Assembly (NCBI GenBank): GCA_024181965.1
Contig: BQXS01010883.1
Location: forward strand, 1 to 33,191
Source: Aduncisulcus paluster
Taxonomy: Eukaryota
Direction: 5' to 3'
DNA: 33,191 nt
Shown piece after piece: positions 9,647 through 19,030 of the stretch. The notes beneath the pieces are model-generated. The model was not told the DNA's origin. It did not search any database and saw nothing but the letters and a program-made list of their open reading frames with translations. Position 1 is the stretch's first letter. Each line of letters begins with the position of its first letter. The position numbers and the translations under genes are program-made.

Positions 9647-10498
9647 TCACTTTTTAACTAGATTCATTTCAAAGGATTTCTCATTCAAGAGAGTAGAGTT
9701 TTGTTTGATACGAAGAATAGGTTGTAAGCGATTCACATCAGGGACGACGGTTGTAATGATTATTATCAATAAAATAATATCAGCAAACTCAAAAATGGCA
9801 AGTAAATTATACAAAAGGTCATTATATTTTTCATCATATTCCATACCTTGGATAGTGGTAATGGTGAAGGTGCAGACACAACAAGCGATGAAAAGAGAAA
9901 ATAAAATCATACGTAACTTTGAAATTGAACTATTTTGATCAATTCCTTTCGTAGAGCGAGGTTGAGAATCCCCGTTATCATCACTGGCTTCAATCACTTG
10001 CATTGTATCATGATCTCTCAATCCTTGGCGATGACACCGATAGCATATTCCATCATCATTAATAAAAGTCAAATAAGCCATGAGAACTGTGGCACCTCCA
10101 ACAAGGAAAAAAATACCACATCCATGCATAATCTGGTAGCCTGAACTATAAAATATCCCAATAAGGGTGAGACCGCAATACATACAAATAGTGGCAATAA
10201 TTGGAACAATAAATCTCCCTGGATGAAGACTATATTTTAACACAGAGAAGAAGAAAGTGAGAAGCGATAAAACAACAGGAACAAGATAAAATGAAAAAGC
10301 TGCTGGCAATATCCCAACACTAATAGGATTGTTTGGATTTGCCGTGTGAGAAATAGTTGGGAGATGGTCTTTTTTAAGAGATTCATCCAATCCGATATAT
10401 AATCCAAAATTAAGTAATATTAAGGCCAAAAAAACTAAAAATGAAGGTATGATGAAATACTGAAATTTTAAAAGTGTATAATTATTTGACATATTCAT
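9647..10498 (-). CDS. Frag1/DRAM/Sfk1 (PGAP2-like) multi-pass membrane protein
   Basis: About six hydrophobic helices, LPTISHTA after TM1, a His at the start of a central helix (IMHGCG) and AIFEF in the last helix all fit the family pattern. ATG at 10498 or 10492 (10510 is TTG). Confidence 0.7.
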   Translation of the reverse strand: MNMSNNYTLLKFQYFIIPSFLVFLALILLNFGLYIGLDESLKKDHLPTISHTANPNNPISVGILPAAFSFYLVPVVLSLLTFFFSVLKYSLHPGRFIVPIIATICMYCGLTLIGIFYSSGYQIMHGCGIFFLVGGATVLMAYLTFINDDGICYRCHRQGLRDHDTMQVIEASDDNGDSQPRSTKGIDQNSSISKLRMILFSLFIACCVCTFTITTIQGMEYDEKYNDLLYNLLAIFEFADIILLIIIITTVVPDVNRLQPILRIKQNSTLLNEKSFEMNLVKK

Positions 10499-10960
10499 TA
10501 TAACGTTCAAAACAGCCCTTTTCAGACGAAATCAAAATAGGTTACTATATATATATTTTTTTTTTTATTGGAGTGGTAGATCACCATTATTTGCAATNNN
10601 NNNNNNNNNNNNNNNNNAAAGTGAGAAGCGATAAAACAACAGGAACAAGATAAAATGAAAAAGCTGCTGGCAATATCCCAACACTAATAGGATTGTTTGG
10701 ATTTGCCGTGTGAGAAATAGTTGGGAGATGGTCTTTTTTAAGAGATTCATCCAATCCGATATATAATCCAAAATTAAGTAATATTAAGGCCAAAAAAACT
10801 AAAAATGAAGGTATGATGAAATACTGAAATTTTAAAAGTGTATAATTATTTGACATATTCATTATAACGTTCAAAACAGCCCTTTTCAGACGAAATCAAA
10901 ATAGGTTACTATATATATATTTTTTTTTTATTGGAGTGGTAGATCACCATTATTTGCAAT
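10254..10960. repeat. Direct duplication flanking a scaffold gap: 10254-10597 = 10618-10960 (assembly artefact)
   Basis: The 344- and 343-nt copies sit either side of 20 N (10598-10617). The only difference I found is a T-run of 11 vs 10. Confidence 0.9.
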
Positions 10961-10981
10961 CTGTATATTTGATGTGTAAAT

Positions 10982-12544
10982 TTAACAATGAATTCCGATA
11001 TCATAGGCGGATAGCGCAGCCTCCTTAACAGATTCACTAAACGAAGGGTGACCAAAACAACTTTCTCCCAATTCTTCAGCAGTCATCCCTGCTTCCAAAG
11101 CAATCATTCCCTGATGTATCATTTCCCCAGCGCCTTCTGATACAATGTGAACTCCCAACACTTTTCCCCCTTTTCCAGTTTTCTCCTTCATGGCCACAAT
11201 CTTTACGAACCCAACGGATTCACAGCATGCTTTAGAACGAGAATTACCACTGAAGTGACACACCCCACACCGGACATTATCTTGTCCATACAGAGCCTTA
11301 GCTTCATCCTCGGTCATTCCACAAGAAGCACACTCAGGAGACGTGTAAACAATACCAGGAACATAACTATACTCAGAACGCTTTGTGGGACGTCCAGTCA
11401 TGGTCTTTACGGCCCGGATAGCATCGTCACTGGCCTTGTGAGCAAGCATGGGACCATCAACAACATCACCAATACCAAATATGTGTTTATATGATGGAAC
11501 TTGGAGGTATTCATCAACAATTAGCTGCCCACGTTTAGCAAACTTGATGTCTGGAAGAACTAGAGAGGCATTGGAAGAAGGAGAAAAATGACGAGAGAAT
11601 AAGGTCTCGGTGTTAGGTTTTCTACCACATGCAACAAGGACCTTATCACACTCAATGTGGATCTCTTTCCCTGAGCTACGATCAGTCATGGATACGACTG
11701 CAGATTCATCTGAAGTGCGGGTTACTTTCCCGACAGCCATTCCGGTGTTGATTTTAAGTCCCTGTTTCTTGAGTTGTTTTGTCATTTCTATCCGAGCATC
11801 CTTATCCATAGTTCCTAAAATAGAGTCTCCATATTCAATTACTGTTACTTTTGCGCCAAGACGTTTCCATACAGATCCAAGCTCGACACCAATAACACCT
11901 CCACCAATCACAACAAGATGTTCTGGGACCTTGTCAAAAGAAAGTGCTCCAGTTGAAGAACATACCACCTCTTCATCTATCTTGCAGAATGGGGGTTCAA
12001 CAACGGAACTACCAGAAGCAACCATGATACGATCGCCTTTCACAATACCTTCACCATCTTTCCCTTGATGCAAGGAGAGAGTATGAGGATCCTCAAAAAT
12101 AGCAGTAGCTTGAATGCGAGTAATGCCGCCATGCTCAAAAAGATTATCTATTCCCTTTGAGAGACCAGTTATTGTTTGAGTCTTATGTTTCATCATCTTT
12201 GAAACATCCATTGAAACATTATCTTTCATCTTATTAATATTAATGCCAACCCTACGAAGATCCTTGAGACAACAAAGTTCATGAGAGGCATGGAGAAGTG
12301 CTTTTGATGGAATACAACCTTCCCTCAAACAAGTTCCTCCAAGTAACTTCTCTTTCTCAATACATGCCACTTTCATGCCCTTTTGAGCTGCTTTGATGGC
12401 ACCAACATATCCACCTGGCCCCTAGATTAAGAAAAAAACAGAAATATTAGAAGAAAGGGGAAATGATTAAATCAAAAACACAAAAGAAAATAAAATCTAA
12501 AATAAACATACTCCACCAACAACTACAAGATCAAAATTATCCAT
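10982..12544 (-). CDS. DLD: Dihydrolipoamide dehydrogenase (E3 / glycine-cleavage L protein), 2 exons: 12544-12512 and 12421-10982, 490 aa
   Basis: Spliced N-terminus MDNFDLVVVGG|GPGGYVGAIKAAQKG (FAD GxGxxG), redox disulfide GGTCLREGCIPSK, NAD motif VIGGGVIGVELGSVWKRLG, GDVVDGPMLAHKA and C-terminal HPSFSE. Confidence 0.95.
12422..12511 (-). other. Spliceosomal intron, 90 nt, phase 0
   Basis: Donor GTATGT at 12511 and acceptor TTAATCTAG ending at 12422; removal reconstitutes the GGGPGG motif exactly. Confidence 0.92.
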
Positions 12545-13048
12545 GATAATGACAAAATGGGTAAAGTCAAAATTGAATTTTTTAGAACCGTAGTATAGTA
12601 TAGTATACAACATACAAAGAAGAAAAACATTTCAATATTCTTGATATGCCTTTATCTAATCATTTTTGTACATATTTCAGCTGTAAATCCGATTTACAAT
12701 ATTGAGTCAATATTTTTCATAATAAGGTTCTGAGACAAAAATAAGTTAGAAAATAATATATACCTATGCTTAAATAAATCTTTTGATTTTTGGATAGTCA
12801 TCTATTACGATGTTTCATTATTTAGAGAAAAACTTCCCTTGAGAAAGAATGCGTATGTGTTGTCGAGAACTTATAATTAAATATAAATTAATTAAAGAAA
12901 CATTAATAAATTATAAACTCAAATCGAAATTATTTGTTAACCGATGTTACTTTTATGATTTTCTCAATCATATATCTATTTTGGTCATTACCTTCGCCTC
13001 TTGCCAAAGGAATTTCTTCACCTGTCATAGCTTATTTTGATTTTCTAA

Positions 13049-14713
13049 ATGACAAAAGTTATTCCCTGTGGTGGCCGTATCGGTTTTGACAGTTCTCTCT
13101 ATCTTGACGTTCAGTCAAAATCTATCCTTGAGCGCGTCGAAAAATATGAGAAGCTATACCTTGAAGTTGGAGGTAAACTCTCTCATGATATGCATGCTGG
13201 TCGTATTTTACCAGGGTATGTCTTATTGTTTTATTTATTTTTGCAGATTTTCTGTTGATTGAATTTTCATTTTTTTCTTATATATTTTTGGGATTCCGCT
13301 TTAAATTATTGTCCTTTCTCTCTCTTTCATTCTTTTTTATAAAGATATGAACCTGACTGTAAGCTTCAACTCTTTAAGAGATTGGCATCCAAATTGGAAA
13401 TCATCATTGCCATTTGGGCCGAAGCTCTTGAAAAAAAGAAAGTTCGTGCCGATCTCGGATGCTCATATGAGTTTGATGTCTTCCGTATGATTGACGAATT
13501 TAAGGAGAACGGAATTTCTGTTGCTGGTGTTGTTATCACTCGTTTTGATCACCAGCCCTCCGTGAGCCCCTTCATGGAGCGTCTTGAGAAGCTTGGAATC
13601 AAGACATACACTCACTCCGCCATCAAAGGATACCCTGATCCCGATGTTGCTGTAAGTGATGCCGGATTTGGTTCTCAAGCATACATTGAGACAACTAAAC
13701 CTGTTGTTGTTATTACTGGGCCTGGTCCTAACAGTGGAAAGCTTGCAACAGCCTTGAGTCAGGTATACCATGAGCATTCAAGAAAAGTGAAGGCTGGTTA
13801 TGCCAAGCTCGAATCCTTCCCTGTATGGAACTTACCTTTACTCCATCCTATTAACATTGCTTATGAAGCTGCTACTGCTGATCTAGGCGATTATAATCTT
13901 ATCGATTCTTGGCACAAGGAGGCTTACGGTATTGAATATGTGAATTACAACAGAGATGTCGAGGCCTTCCCCATTGTTGCTCGTCTCTTGGAGAAGATCA
14001 TGGGAGAAGAAGTGTACAAATCCCCAACTGAGATGGGTGTTAATGCGATTGGTGGAGCTATCATCGATGACTCATTGTGCCGTAAAGCTGCTCGTTCTGA
14101 GATTGCTCGCAGATGGTTCTCATACGGTGTCATGGCTCTCTCTGGCCGTGTTGACCTCGATACTGTGAAGCGTTCAAGACGTATTATGGATGGATGTGGA
14201 ATTGCTGAGGATGAAAGAGCTGTTGTTGCAGCCGCTCGTGGTAGATTAGTGTGTGAGAAACCAACTGATGCCGTTAAGGGTGTTACTGTTGTTGGTGCTG
14301 TCAACATTCCCTCTGTTGGTGTGATTACTGGTCGTAATTCTTCCTTGTTCCACTGTTCATCTGCCATTGTTCTTAAGTCCCTCAAGGTTCTCGCTGGTGT
14401 ATCTGCTGAACTTCATGTTCTCCCAAAAGATATCGTCAGTGCCGTGGGGATTATGAAGGGGAAAATGGGCGGGAAATCCTCTGCTGTCTCCTTGGGTCTT
14501 GATGAGACTCTGACTGCACTTGCAATCTCCGCATCCATGGATTCTGAAAGTGTGTGTGCCAAATGTCTCGCCATTCTCGATAAACTCCGTGGATTGGAGA
14601 TGCATTTCACTTCAATTCCTACTGGTGGAGACGCTAAGATCCTCCGTGCCCTTGGAATTGTCTTCTCCTGTGACCCCGTTTTCTCTTCCAAGAAACACTG
14701 GGATTATTTATAA
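13049..14713 (+). CDS. DUF1846 / UPF0371 family protein (bacterial-type, P-loop-like), 2 exons: 13049-13215 and 13345-14713, 511 aa
   Basis: Family-typical strings [107 protein letters not shown] and [10 protein letters not shown]. The two track ORFs (13049.. and 13382..) join in frame across the intron. Confidence 0.9.
13216..13344 (+). other. Spliceosomal intron, 129 nt, phase 2, AAG acceptor
   Basis: Donor GTATGT at 13216, long pyrimidine tract, acceptor TATAAAG ending at 13344; GG|A = Gly, giving LPGYEPD. Confidence 0.88.
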
Positions 14714-14975
14714 TCGTGATTAATATATTATTATTTCATTCGTTATTTTTGTATTAGATGGTCTGTTGATGAAGATCATCAACATCTACATCAGTTCAAG
14801 GCTCTTGGCTTGCGTTTCATGTTTTGAATAAATAGCGAGGAATTCCTTTCATACGGAATCCCTTTTGCATTTTTTCTCCCCAGTAGAGTTGTTTTGAAGA
14901 ATCTTCGGCATCATGGAGAAGGAGATAATGATTATCTCAGACAAAATAGAATTTTTCATGTTTTGACAACACACA

Positions 14976-16481
14976 ATGAAATTACAAGATGGAAAGTATC
15001 CTCTACAGAAAATATTAGAAGAAGGAAAGTGTTTTCTGTTTGCAAATGTCGAAGATAAAGGTGAACAAGTGCTTATTTCAAGATGTGATATTACTGAGTT
15101 TGTTTTCCTATTAAATGAATTAGCAGATGAAATACCTCCATCTGAATCGCATATTTCTCAAGTTAAACATTTTTTTGAAGCCGGAGAAACAATAGATTTT
15201 CTTGATCCTGAATTTGGCTTCAGGTTTGGTTTATTAAAAGAAAAATTATTATCTACATCTCCGCTCTTGTCGTCAATATCATATCTTCACAACAAATGTG
15301 CAGTTTGTGGTTCAAATGAATCATTATCTCGACACCATGTTGTTCCTTATTGTTATCGAAAGCATTTTCCAAATTCTCTGAAGGAAAAGACTTCAAGAGA
15401 TGTCATTATTTTGTGTTGTAAACATCACACCGAAATAGAAGATGTTACAGAAATGATTCGTGCCCATATTGCAGATTTGAGTGGAGTTCCATTGCATGGA
15501 TTTATATATAATAAGGAAACAAGAGAAAGAGGATTGAAATTGAAGAGAATGGCACACTTATTAATTGGAATGAACAAGAAATTACCAGATAAGAGGTTAT
15601 TACAGTTGAAACAATTCGTTTGTACGGAAGTTCTCGAAGCTATTGAGTATGGCAAAAAAAATGCATTTCCGTACAATGATCTTGTAAATTGTCTTCTTTC
15701 CTTCTTCAAACGAGATGAATTAAAGAAAAAACATGATGCTGAACGTGATTTATCCCGACTTTCCCCAAGACATTCAGAGAAAAAATCCATGACAGATGAT
15801 ATCGCGAGGAGTAGTCAAAAAAAGTCAGAAATTATACCAAGAAGTTTCCAGGATTCAGTTGATTTCAGCAGTGATGCTTCCGAATTGTTTATTTCCGAAT
15901 GTTCCAGAATGATTCATGATCCTTCATATTTATCCCCTTTAATGAGTGAATTGTTGGATAAAATTGTTGAATTCGATGTTCCAACTCTCTCTGCGGAACT
16001 CTTTGTTCCCGGCGAGCCTTTTGTATCAAGATCTCATGGTGAGTGTGTCGTGGAAGCTCTACGGAAGGCCGAAGAAACCATATTTCGTGCGAGATTAGAG
16101 CCAAAGCATGAAGAAGAACTAAAAGAAATAGCTGATCAGGTTGCTGGAATTGATTCCACAAAACAAATTAGTGATATCATTCACGAAAAATTACCGAAAC
16201 CATTTCCTTGTAAAGATTTTGGTACACTTTGGGAAACAATGGATGGAGTTTCTGATTGTCATTTTCCTGTGTGTGTATCATTTGTGAGATATTGGAGAGT
16301 TTATTTCGTGCTTAAGCTTGGACCGAAACATTTACCTCCTTGGTGGAAAGTAGGAATGCCAGCTTGCGCCAGAGATGGTGCTTATGGTCAAAGCTCTCTT
16401 GTAAAACATATGAGTCTCGAAGAAATGGAATTGTTGTTTAAGGACTATGGTCTGCCGACTATTCTACATCATTTTAAGTGA
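14976..16481 (+). CDS. HNH-like zinc-binding protein homologous to the C-terminal half of EXD2, with no DEDDy exonuclease domain
   Basis: KCFLFA...LISRCD; CAVCG...RHHVVPYCYRKHFPNSLKEKTSRDVIILCCKHH; SHGECVV; RYWRVYFVLKLGPKHLPPWWKV. As I recall them, these parallel EXD2's CVVCG...PHEYRKHFP...SHDVLLLC, HG.KVV and WRQHF...PKHLP..W.V. Confidence 0.8.
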   Translation: MKLQDGKYPLQKILEEGKCFLFANVEDKGEQVLISRCDITEFVFLLNELADEIPPSESHISQVKHFFEAGETIDFLDPEFGFRFGLLKEKLLSTSPLLSSISYLHNKCAVCGSNESLSRHHVVPYCYRKHFPNSLKEKTSRDVIILCCKHHTEIEDVTEMIRAHIADLSGVPLHGFIYNKETRERGLKLKRMAHLLIGMNKKLPDKRLLQLKQFVCTEVLEAIEYGKKNAFPYNDLVNCLLSFFKRDELKKKHDAERDLSRLSPRHSEKKSMTDDIARSSQKKSEIIPRSFQDSVDFSSDASELFISECSRMIHDPSYLSPLMSELLDKIVEFDVPTLSAELFVPGEPFVSRSHGECVVEALRKAEETIFRARLEPKHEEELKEIADQVAGIDSTKQISDIIHEKLPKPFPCKDFGTLWETMDGVSDCHFPVCVSFVRYWRVYFVLKLGPKHLPPWWKVGMPACARDGAYGQSSLVKHMSLEEMELLFKDYGLPTILHHFK

Positions 16482-16624
16482 AATAATAGAAATTATATGA
16501 TTTTAAAATAAAATTTAAACAAAATTATTAATTTATTTTTCTATTTATGGATAATAAAGTGATATTATTTTTCTATTGGATGAAGAAGATTCCAATTTCA
16601 TTTTAGAGTGATTTTGAAGCCATA

Positions 16625-19030
16625 ATGTCAAATTGTACCAGTCCATTGTATGGAGACGATTGTGAATTCGTTGAATTTGAAGATGAAATGGTTCGAGCAT
16701 CTTTATGTTCAGAATTAAATCCTGAATTAGGATCTCTTTCAGGATGTGGAGATATTTATCTATCCGATGTCCAAGAACTCGAAAAAGTTGAGATTTCATA
16801 TGAAACTTCCTTATCTGGACTTGAATATTTAACTTCTTGTTACACTTTATCCCTTGAATGGAAAGGTGATATTGATGGCTTTGATGAGCTCTTTACCCCT
16901 ATTTCTCAACTACCTCTGGAAAATTTGTCCTTTTATGGCCTTCCTTCATGTGATTCATGCTCTCAACTCGAGACTTTAACTCCATTATCGGATTCTCTTC
17001 TTTATCTCTCAACAAAGTCTATTTCTACCAATATCGTTGGCCAAATGCTAGATATCTTAACGAATATTGCACAATTAACTATGTATGCTGATGATTATGG
17101 AGATCTCTCTTTCCTAAATCCAGATTTACCCCTCAGAGAACTCCTCCTAATGTCTTCGGGTTCCAATAATTTAGTAACCAATATTACTCCAATAACTGCT
17201 TATAAAAACAGTCTTGAAACCTTATGGTTGACTTATCTTGAATTTTCTCCGCCAATCGATGATTTGGGGGACATTTTAGAAGAATTTTACTCGCTGAATA
17301 CTTTAACCTTCATCGAAATTGCCGGAATAACAGGAATAACATTCCCTGAAATACCTATTGTTGATATTATAGCAATTTATAACGAATTCGAGTTTTATAA
17401 TTTCTCCAACATTTCCTCCTCTCTCGAAATTCTTCAGATCGAGTCTTCCTCTCTCTCTGATGAAGGAAATGCTCTTTTAAATACCATTCCCTTGTGTTCA
17501 AACCTTACCGCACTGGACCTGAGGATTCCAAGTGACGATATTTCTCCCTTGCAGGGTGTCGCTGACTTAGTTCAATTGGGTGAATTCAAATTAGAAGTAA
17601 CAACCAGCGATATTGGGGTGTTTGTTGATTTTGGAGATCTATTGGCCTCTCAAATAAGCTCATCTTCCATAAGATTTCCTGCTTTGACAAAGTTTGACTT
17701 CACCGGTGAGATTCCTTCCCTGTCTGGTCTTTCGACTCTTCCCGAAGGATCCTTTCCTTTGCTTACCAACTTGGCAATCTCATCTATGAATAGACTAAGC
17801 CTAGGTCTTGTCCTCGCTATGGATCCTTGGCCTCTAACTAATATCCAATCCCTCGAGAGTATTAGTTTGTTATCCAATTCCTGTGACTTACCAATCACGT
17901 ATGGTTACGAGTTGGAAGGTTTCTTCAGTATCTCCAACTTTCCCAATCTCACATCTGTCACCAATACCATATCACTCTGTCCTTGTCTTGACTTCTTCGA
18001 TGGTTACTCACTCGATGATCATCAAGTATGTGTTAGAATGGGCTCTACCAATTGGAATTCCACTCTATATCCTGACATTGACCCTTGGATATTTCCGCCT
18101 GTTTCGGATGACGATGAATACATTGTTGGATGCAGTGATATCATGGTTAGGGTATATGATTCCGTGGATGAGTGGAAAGGGTTGTCCGGAGATGGCTCTG
18201 TTACCTGTGTTGACCCACTTTCCTTCTCAGATTCTTCTTGTGGAGTCTCCGGTGTGAATCAGTCAACAAGCTGGGCTGGATCAGGTATGTGTGGGTTTGG
18301 AAAAGAATGTATGGTTATACCAGATTCTGATCTTTATGATTTTCCCCAATGTGCTTGTATGAATGGTCTTTATGGCGATTACTGTGATTCCCCCTGTCCA
18401 TTTGATGAGGACGGAGTCATGTGTGGTGGTGGAGACTGCCTTCAAATCTCCTCAGAAGGGGACGATATTTACCAATGTTCCTGCCATTCCACTGGATATA
18501 TCGACACAGTTACGGGTGTTTGCGTGTATCCCGATGAATGTGTTGACTGTATCAACGGACAATGCACAGAATCTGGGAGTATTCCTTCTGTTTTGACATG
18601 GAATCCCATTCCCTTTGTTGTCGAAAATGTTGTTCTCCAGCAAAATACCTGTGTGTGCAATGAAGGCTACTCAGGTCCCTCGTGCGAAGTTGATTCTTGT
18701 GGTATTATTGAATTAGAATCTCTTTGTGGCGGTGGATCATCTGAATGTGTGAGTTCTGGAATTGACTGGGAATGCAAATGTGGAACGGGATTTCAAGGAA
18801 TATTTTGTGAAACATCAGTCATTGTGCTCTCACCTTGGGGATTTCCTCTTATTCTGGGTCTGTTTGGAACCATGATCCTTATTATTATTTTATTGGGGAT
18901 TTGTTATTGTAAGTCAAAGAAGTTCTTTGAAAAACAACAAGACAATATCGGCTTGATTGACGAAGAAGAAGATGAAGAAGAAGCATTTGGAGTTGATCAT
19001 ATGTCGATCATGACTTCAGTCCGACAATAG
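16625..19030 (+). CDS. LRR + EGF-like single-pass membrane (receptor-like) protein; true N-terminus uncertain
   Basis: Internalin-like cap (FEDEMVRASLC...SLSGLEYLTS), divergent LRRs, about 4 EGF units (CACMNGLYGDYC, CSCHSTGY, CVCNEGYSGPSC, CKCGTGFQGIFC), TM WGFPLILGLFGTMILIIILLGICYC, basic stop-transfer KSKK and a short acidic tail. Stop is TAG. Confidence 0.85.
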   Translation: MSNCTSPLYGDDCEFVEFEDEMVRASLCSELNPELGSLSGCGDIYLSDVQELEKVEISYETSLSGLEYLTSCYTLSLEWKGDIDGFDELFTPISQLPLENLSFYGLPSCDSCSQLETLTPLSDSLLYLSTKSISTNIVGQMLDILTNIAQLTMYADDYGDLSFLNPDLPLRELLLMSSGSNNLVTNITPITAYKNSLETLWLTYLEFSPPIDDLGDILEEFYSLNTLTFIEIAGITGITFPEIPIVDIIAIYNEFEFYNFSNISSSLEILQIESSSLSDEGNALLNTIPLCSNLTALDLRIPSDDISPLQGVADLVQLGEFKLEVTTSDIGVFVDFGDLLASQISSSSIRFPALTKFDFTGEIPSLSGLSTLPEGSFPLLTNLAISSMNRLSLGLVLAMDPWPLTNIQSLESISLLSNSCDLPITYGYELEGFFSISNFPNLTSVTNTISLCPCLDFFDGYSLDDHQVCVRMGSTNWNSTLYPDIDPWIFPPVSDDDEYIVGCSDIMVRVYDSVDEWKGLSGDGSVTCVDPLSFSDSSCGVSGVNQSTSWAGSGMCGFGKECMVIPDSDLYDFPQCACMNGLYGDYCDSPCPFDEDGVMCGGGDCLQISSEGDDIYQCSCHSTGYIDTVTGVCVYPDECVDCINGQCTESGSIPSVLTWNPIPFVVENVVLQQNTCVCNEGYSGPSCEVDSCGIIELESLCGGGSSECVSSGIDWECKCGTGFQGIFCETSVIVLSPWGFPLILGLFGTMILIIILLGICYCKSKKFFEKQQDNIGLIDEEEDEEEAFGVDHMSIMTSVRQ

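Noticed and set aside
10587..10874. 95-aa ORF identical to the N-terminus of the Frag1/DRAM-like protein
   Set aside because: It lies in the duplicated contig end and runs into the N gap, so it is an artefact rather than a paralogue.
13049..13258. 69-aa ORF as an independent small gene
   Set aside because: It is exon 1 of DUF1846 reading into the intron.
16604..16606. TAG reassigned to Gln (hexamitid-type code) to extend the LRR-EGF gene
   Set aside because: TAA ends DLD and DUF1846 at their expected C-termini, TAG ends three other ORFs, and no long ORF contains an internal TAR codon.
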